Shown one piece after another: positions 56,871 through 60,031 of a stretch of DNA of 60,031 bases. This stretch comes from Clostridia bacterium. Lineage in GTDB: Bacteria; Bacillota; Clostridia; Christensenellales; CAG-138. The stretch covers positions 1-60,031 of the forward strand of contig DAOPJM010000009.1 of the NCBI GenBank assembly GCA_035399665.1. Direction: 5' to 3'. The position numbers and the translations under genes are program-made. Position 1 is the stretch's first letter; each line of letters begins with the position of its first letter. The notes below the pieces were generated by a model. That model worked only from the letters and a program-made list of their open reading frames with translations, ran no database searches and was not told where the DNA came from.

Positions 56871-57827
56871 ATGTCTTTGTTCTATGTCTCAAGATGCCAT
56901 GATCCGTGGCGCAACCTTGCCTTGGAGGAGTATTTGTTTTTGTCGGCTCCCAAAGAGCCTTTACTATATCTTTGGCTGAATGCGCATACAGTTGTAATCG
57001 GGCAGAATCAAAACGCAGTCAAGGAGTGCAGACTTGCCCTTTTGGATGCAGAGGGCGGTAAGCTTGCAAGAAGAACCACAGGCGGGGGAGCGGTATACCA
57101 TGATTTGGGCAATCTCAACTTTACCTTCATCATGCCTACAGGCAACTATGATATCTCAAAACAGCTTGATATTATAGTTCACGCACTCTCATCTTTCGGT
57201 CTCAAAGCCGTACCATCAGGGCGCAACGATCTTACTTGCGGCGGAGGCAAATTCTCAGGAAACGCCTTTAGAAACGGAAGTGAAGTCTGTATGCACCATG
57301 GCACGCTGCTTGTCAACGCCGACGTATCCAATATGACGCGCTATCTTTCGCCGTCAAGGTCAAAGCTTGCCTCAAGAGGCGTTGACAGTGTAAGGTCAAG
57401 GGTGATAAACCTATCTGAGCTTGCCGATATAACTACCGAGACCCTCAAAATAGCCGTAAAGGATGCGTTCAGCGAGAGCTACGGCAGTATGCGGGAATTG
57501 TCATCAGCCGATTTTGACGAAGGAACGCTTGAAAAGCTATATAAAAAGCATTCGTCATACAGATGGAGGGTAGGCGATTGTTCCTTGAGCGACATTCATG
57601 TCGAATCAAGGTTCGCTTGGGGTGACGCCGAGATACTTGCAAGCGTTGAGAGGGGTCTCATAGCGGATATGAAGCTTTATTCGGATGCACTTGACTGCGA
57701 CTGCATAGAGCTTATATCGCAAGCTCTTGTTAAATGTCCTTTGACTTGTGACGATATCCGTCATCGAATCGAAGGCATTGAGCCTTATGGCCGCGAGATT
57801 GCGGAGCTTCTTATCGGAACGATTTAG
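56871..57827 (+). CDS. lplA: Lipoate-protein ligase A
   Basis: NLALEEY, VVIGQNQN, RRTTGGGAVYHDLGNLNFTF, GRNDL, KFSGNA, HHGTLL, SVRSRV.N. Confidence 0.95.
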   Translation: MSLFYVSRCHDPWRNLALEEYLFLSAPKEPLLYLWLNAHTVVIGQNQNAVKECRLALLDAEGGKLARRTTGGGAVYHDLGNLNFTFIMPTGNYDISKQLDIIVHALSSFGLKAVPSGRNDLTCGGGKFSGNAFRNGSEVCMHHGTLLVNADVSNMTRYLSPSRSKLASRGVDSVRSRVINLSELADITTETLKIAVKDAFSESYGSMRELSSADFDEGTLEKLYKKHSSYRWRVGDCSLSDIHVESRFAWGDAEILASVERGLIADMKLYSDALDCDCIELISQALVKCPLTCDDIRHRIEGIEPYGREIAELLIGTI

Positions 57828-57861
57828 TACATTAGTGAGCGTAACAACAGGGGGGAATAAG

Positions 57862-59031
57862 TTGATTAAGCTTCTTTCAAAATGGTTTATCAAGGGTTCT
57901 GAGAATATCGAGAATCCTGTTGTAAGAGCCGCCTATGGCACTTTGTGCGGAGTAGTCGGCATATGTTTCAATTTGATTCTTTTCACGATTAAGCTTATTG
58001 CGGGACAGTTGTCGAGGTCTATCGCTATTACCGCCGACGCCTTTAACAACCTCAGCGATGCAGGATCCTCAATTGTAACCCTGCTTGGGTTCAAGATAGC
58101 CGAGCAAAAGCCCGACCCTGATCATCCGTTCGGACATGGCAGGTACGAATATATCTCAGGGCTTGTCGTATCGCTTATCATACTTGTGATGGGCTTCGAG
58201 CTTCTGAAAACCTCAATTGAGAAGATAATCACCCCGCAGGCTCCCGAAGGCTCTCCGCTTGTGTTTATCATCCTCGGCATATCCATACTTATAAAGTGCT
58301 ACATGGCATTCTACAATCATAAGTACAGCAAGAAGATCAACTCCACCGCTATGAAGGCAACGGCATTTGATTCGCTGTCTGACAGCGTTTCAACCTTTGC
58401 CGTTTTAATCTCTTTGCTTGTGTATACTTTGTTCAAGGTAAATATCGACGCTTATGCGGGCTTGCTCGTCTCCCTGTTCATCCTGGTCACGGGTTATAAG
58501 TCCGCAAAAGAGACGATATCACCTCTGCTGGGTCAGCCGCCAAGTGAGGAGCTTGTCAAGAAGATTGAGCATATTGTAATGTCATACGAAGGCATTTTAG
58601 GTATACACGACCTAATAGTTCATGACTACGGCCCGGGCAGGCTTGTTATTTCTCTGCATGCGGAAGTATCCGCAAGCGGGAACATTTTGGAACTTCACGA
58701 TGTTATAGACAATGCGGAACGCCAACTCAAAGAGGAGCTTTCGTGCATAGCCGTCATTCATATGGATCCCATTGTTACCGATGACGAATCAGCTGTTGAG
58801 GCAAAGAGCAAGGTTCTTGATTTGCTGCATGAAATCGACCCTGTTATTTCAATGCATGATTTTCGTATGGTAACAGGGCCGACCCACACCAATCTCATCT
58901 TTGATATTATCGTCCCGTTCAAGTATAGAATGAGCGATTCGGAACTTAACGCCGCAATCTGCAAGTCCGTATCGCAGATACCGGGCAATTACTTTGCCGT
59001 AGTGCAGATAGACAAATCCTATGTGATGTAG
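57862..59031 (+). CDS. Cation diffusion facilitator family transporter
   Basis: ADAFNNLSD, HPFGHGRYEY, DSLSD, HDLIVHDYGP, duplicated C-terminal domain; GGGGGA RBS before TTG 57862. Confidence 0.9.
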   Translation: MIKLLSKWFIKGSENIENPVVRAAYGTLCGVVGICFNLILFTIKLIAGQLSRSIAITADAFNNLSDAGSSIVTLLGFKIAEQKPDPDHPFGHGRYEYISGLVVSLIILVMGFELLKTSIEKIITPQAPEGSPLVFIILGISILIKCYMAFYNHKYSKKINSTAMKATAFDSLSDSVSTFAVLISLLVYTLFKVNIDAYAGLLVSLFILVTGYKSAKETISPLLGQPPSEELVKKIEHIVMSYEGILGIHDLIVHDYGPGRLVISLHAEVSASGNILELHDVIDNAERQLKEELSCIAVIHMDPIVTDDESAVEAKSKVLDLLHEIDPVISMHDFRMVTGPTHTNLIFDIIVPFKYRMSDSELNAAICKSVSQIPGNYFAVVQIDKSYVM

Positions 59032-59043
59032 CAGGAGGTATAA

Positions 59044-59988
59044 ATGAAACCCGTCCTTTGCTTTGGGGATATATGCCCTGATATACTGATACCCTATGGC
59101 GCCGCCTGCGACTTTAGGGCTGGGCTCTGCGTTGATACCAACAGCTTGACCGTTACAGTGGGTCAAGGCGGCAGCGTTGCAAATACCTGTGTGGGTCTTG
59201 CAAGGCAGGACGTTCCCGCTATGTTCTGCGGTTGTGTTGGTAATGATAACTATGGAAAGATACTTAAGACCGGGCTTGAGGCCGACAACGTTGATGTTTC
59301 GCTAATGAAGGTCTCTGATGACGTGCCTACCATTCTTGTGCTTATCATAGTTGACGGCAATGGTGAACGCACCGCTTTTGCCTGCCCACGAGTCGGGGCA
59401 AGTCAGCACTATATTACAAAGGATCAGATACCAAACGATATAGAGAAGCGCATTTCTTGGCTCCATTGCGGCGGCATTACCCTGAGGGAAGAACCTTCCG
59501 CCTCAGTACAGCTGGAGCTTATGCGACGTTGTAAAGCGCAAGGAGTTCCTGTGTCATTCGACGTCAACGCAAGGCTTGAGTCAGCAAGCGACGCCTTTTT
59601 TGCACGGAACGTCGATGCCGCGATTTGCCTGTGTGATTACCTCACAGGTTCAGAGCATGACGAGATTCTGCCGCTGCTTAAGGCTCGCAATCTTGACAAT
59701 CCTTCAAGGCTCTGCAAGACCGTTGTCTTAAGAAGCGGAAAGCACGGGGCGAAGGTAATAAGCGATGGAACAACCTATGAGTCTTCAGCGTTCAAGGTTG
59801 AAGTTCGCGATACCGTAGGCGCGGGTGACGCCTATAACGCGGGCTTTATCGCTGCGTTACTGAAAGGCTCCTCGCTTGCCGAAGCCAATGTCAATGCGTG
59901 CGCCACCGCCGCGCTGTGCGTTTCCGGCTTGGGCGGCAGAGCCTTGCCAACGACTTCTGAGCTTAAGGCATTTCTTTCCGCTTATTGA
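59044..59988 (+). CDS. PfkB family carbohydrate kinase
   Basis: GGSVANTCVGLARQ, G.VGND.YG, FDVNAR, DTVGAGDAYNAGF. Confidence 0.9.
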   Translation: MKPVLCFGDICPDILIPYGAACDFRAGLCVDTNSLTVTVGQGGSVANTCVGLARQDVPAMFCGCVGNDNYGKILKTGLEADNVDVSLMKVSDDVPTILVLIIVDGNGERTAFACPRVGASQHYITKDQIPNDIEKRISWLHCGGITLREEPSASVQLELMRRCKAQGVPVSFDVNARLESASDAFFARNVDAAICLCDYLTGSEHDEILPLLKARNLDNPSRLCKTVVLRSGKHGAKVISDGTTYESSAFKVEVRDTVGAGDAYNAGFIAALLKGSSLAEANVNACATAALCVSGLGGRALPTTSELKAFLSAY

Positions 59989-60013
59989 CGAGTTTCGATA
60001 ATTAGTTTATAAT
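59985..60013 (+). promoter_or_regulatory. sigmaA promoter for the next gene beyond the window
   Basis: TTGACG-17-TATAAT overlapping the PfkB stop codon. Confidence 0.7.
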
Positions 60014-60031
60014 AAGACCATCACTGAAAGG

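Noticed and set aside
1-60031. CRISPR arrays, IS elements, prophage, toxin-antitoxin or defence genes
   Set aside because: No regularly spaced repeats, transposase, phage or defence motifs were recognised in the sequence or ORF track.

Overview
60 kb of gene-dense, mostly core chromosome from a Clostridia-type anaerobic Firmicute. Taxonomy is inferred from gene content and sigmaA promoter style, not from a search. No mobile element, CRISPR array, prophage or clear pseudogene was seen. Contents in order: 3' part of tRNA-Leu; crt-hbd; MarR plus heterodimeric ABC exporter; nadD-yqeK fusion and rsfS; DAG-kinase/DUF5711-like/cvpA followed by rnfCDGEAB; malQ; psuG plus a dockerin-Ig-NlpC/P60 protein; tig-clpP-clpX; DUF512-der-plsY; class B sortase; PPi-type PFK; citrate lyase operon citDEFC-XG; nitroreductase; msmX/malK with a ~200-nt structured leader; two tRNA-Ser; a stand-alone E2-core-like acyltransferase lacking the catalytic His; a raiA-motif ncRNA running into a double zinc-ribbon gene; a long minus-strand run (ruvCAB, DivIVA-like, MBL hydrolase, orphan eutS-eutP, pgk-tpiA-gpmI, pullulanase, ywlG); a two-OB SSB; and a 4xLTD-CotH/lplA/CDF/PfkB operon. 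Best leads: the raiA RNA/zinc-ribbon unit, the switch-like msmX leader, the orphan BMC shell/GTPase pair upstream of pgk, the His-less E2-like protein, the dockerin-bearing NlpC/P60 enzyme and several apparently leaderless genes. Start codons were moved from the ORF track where RBS or promoter evidence supports it. All family calls come from motif recognition by eye; no database was run.
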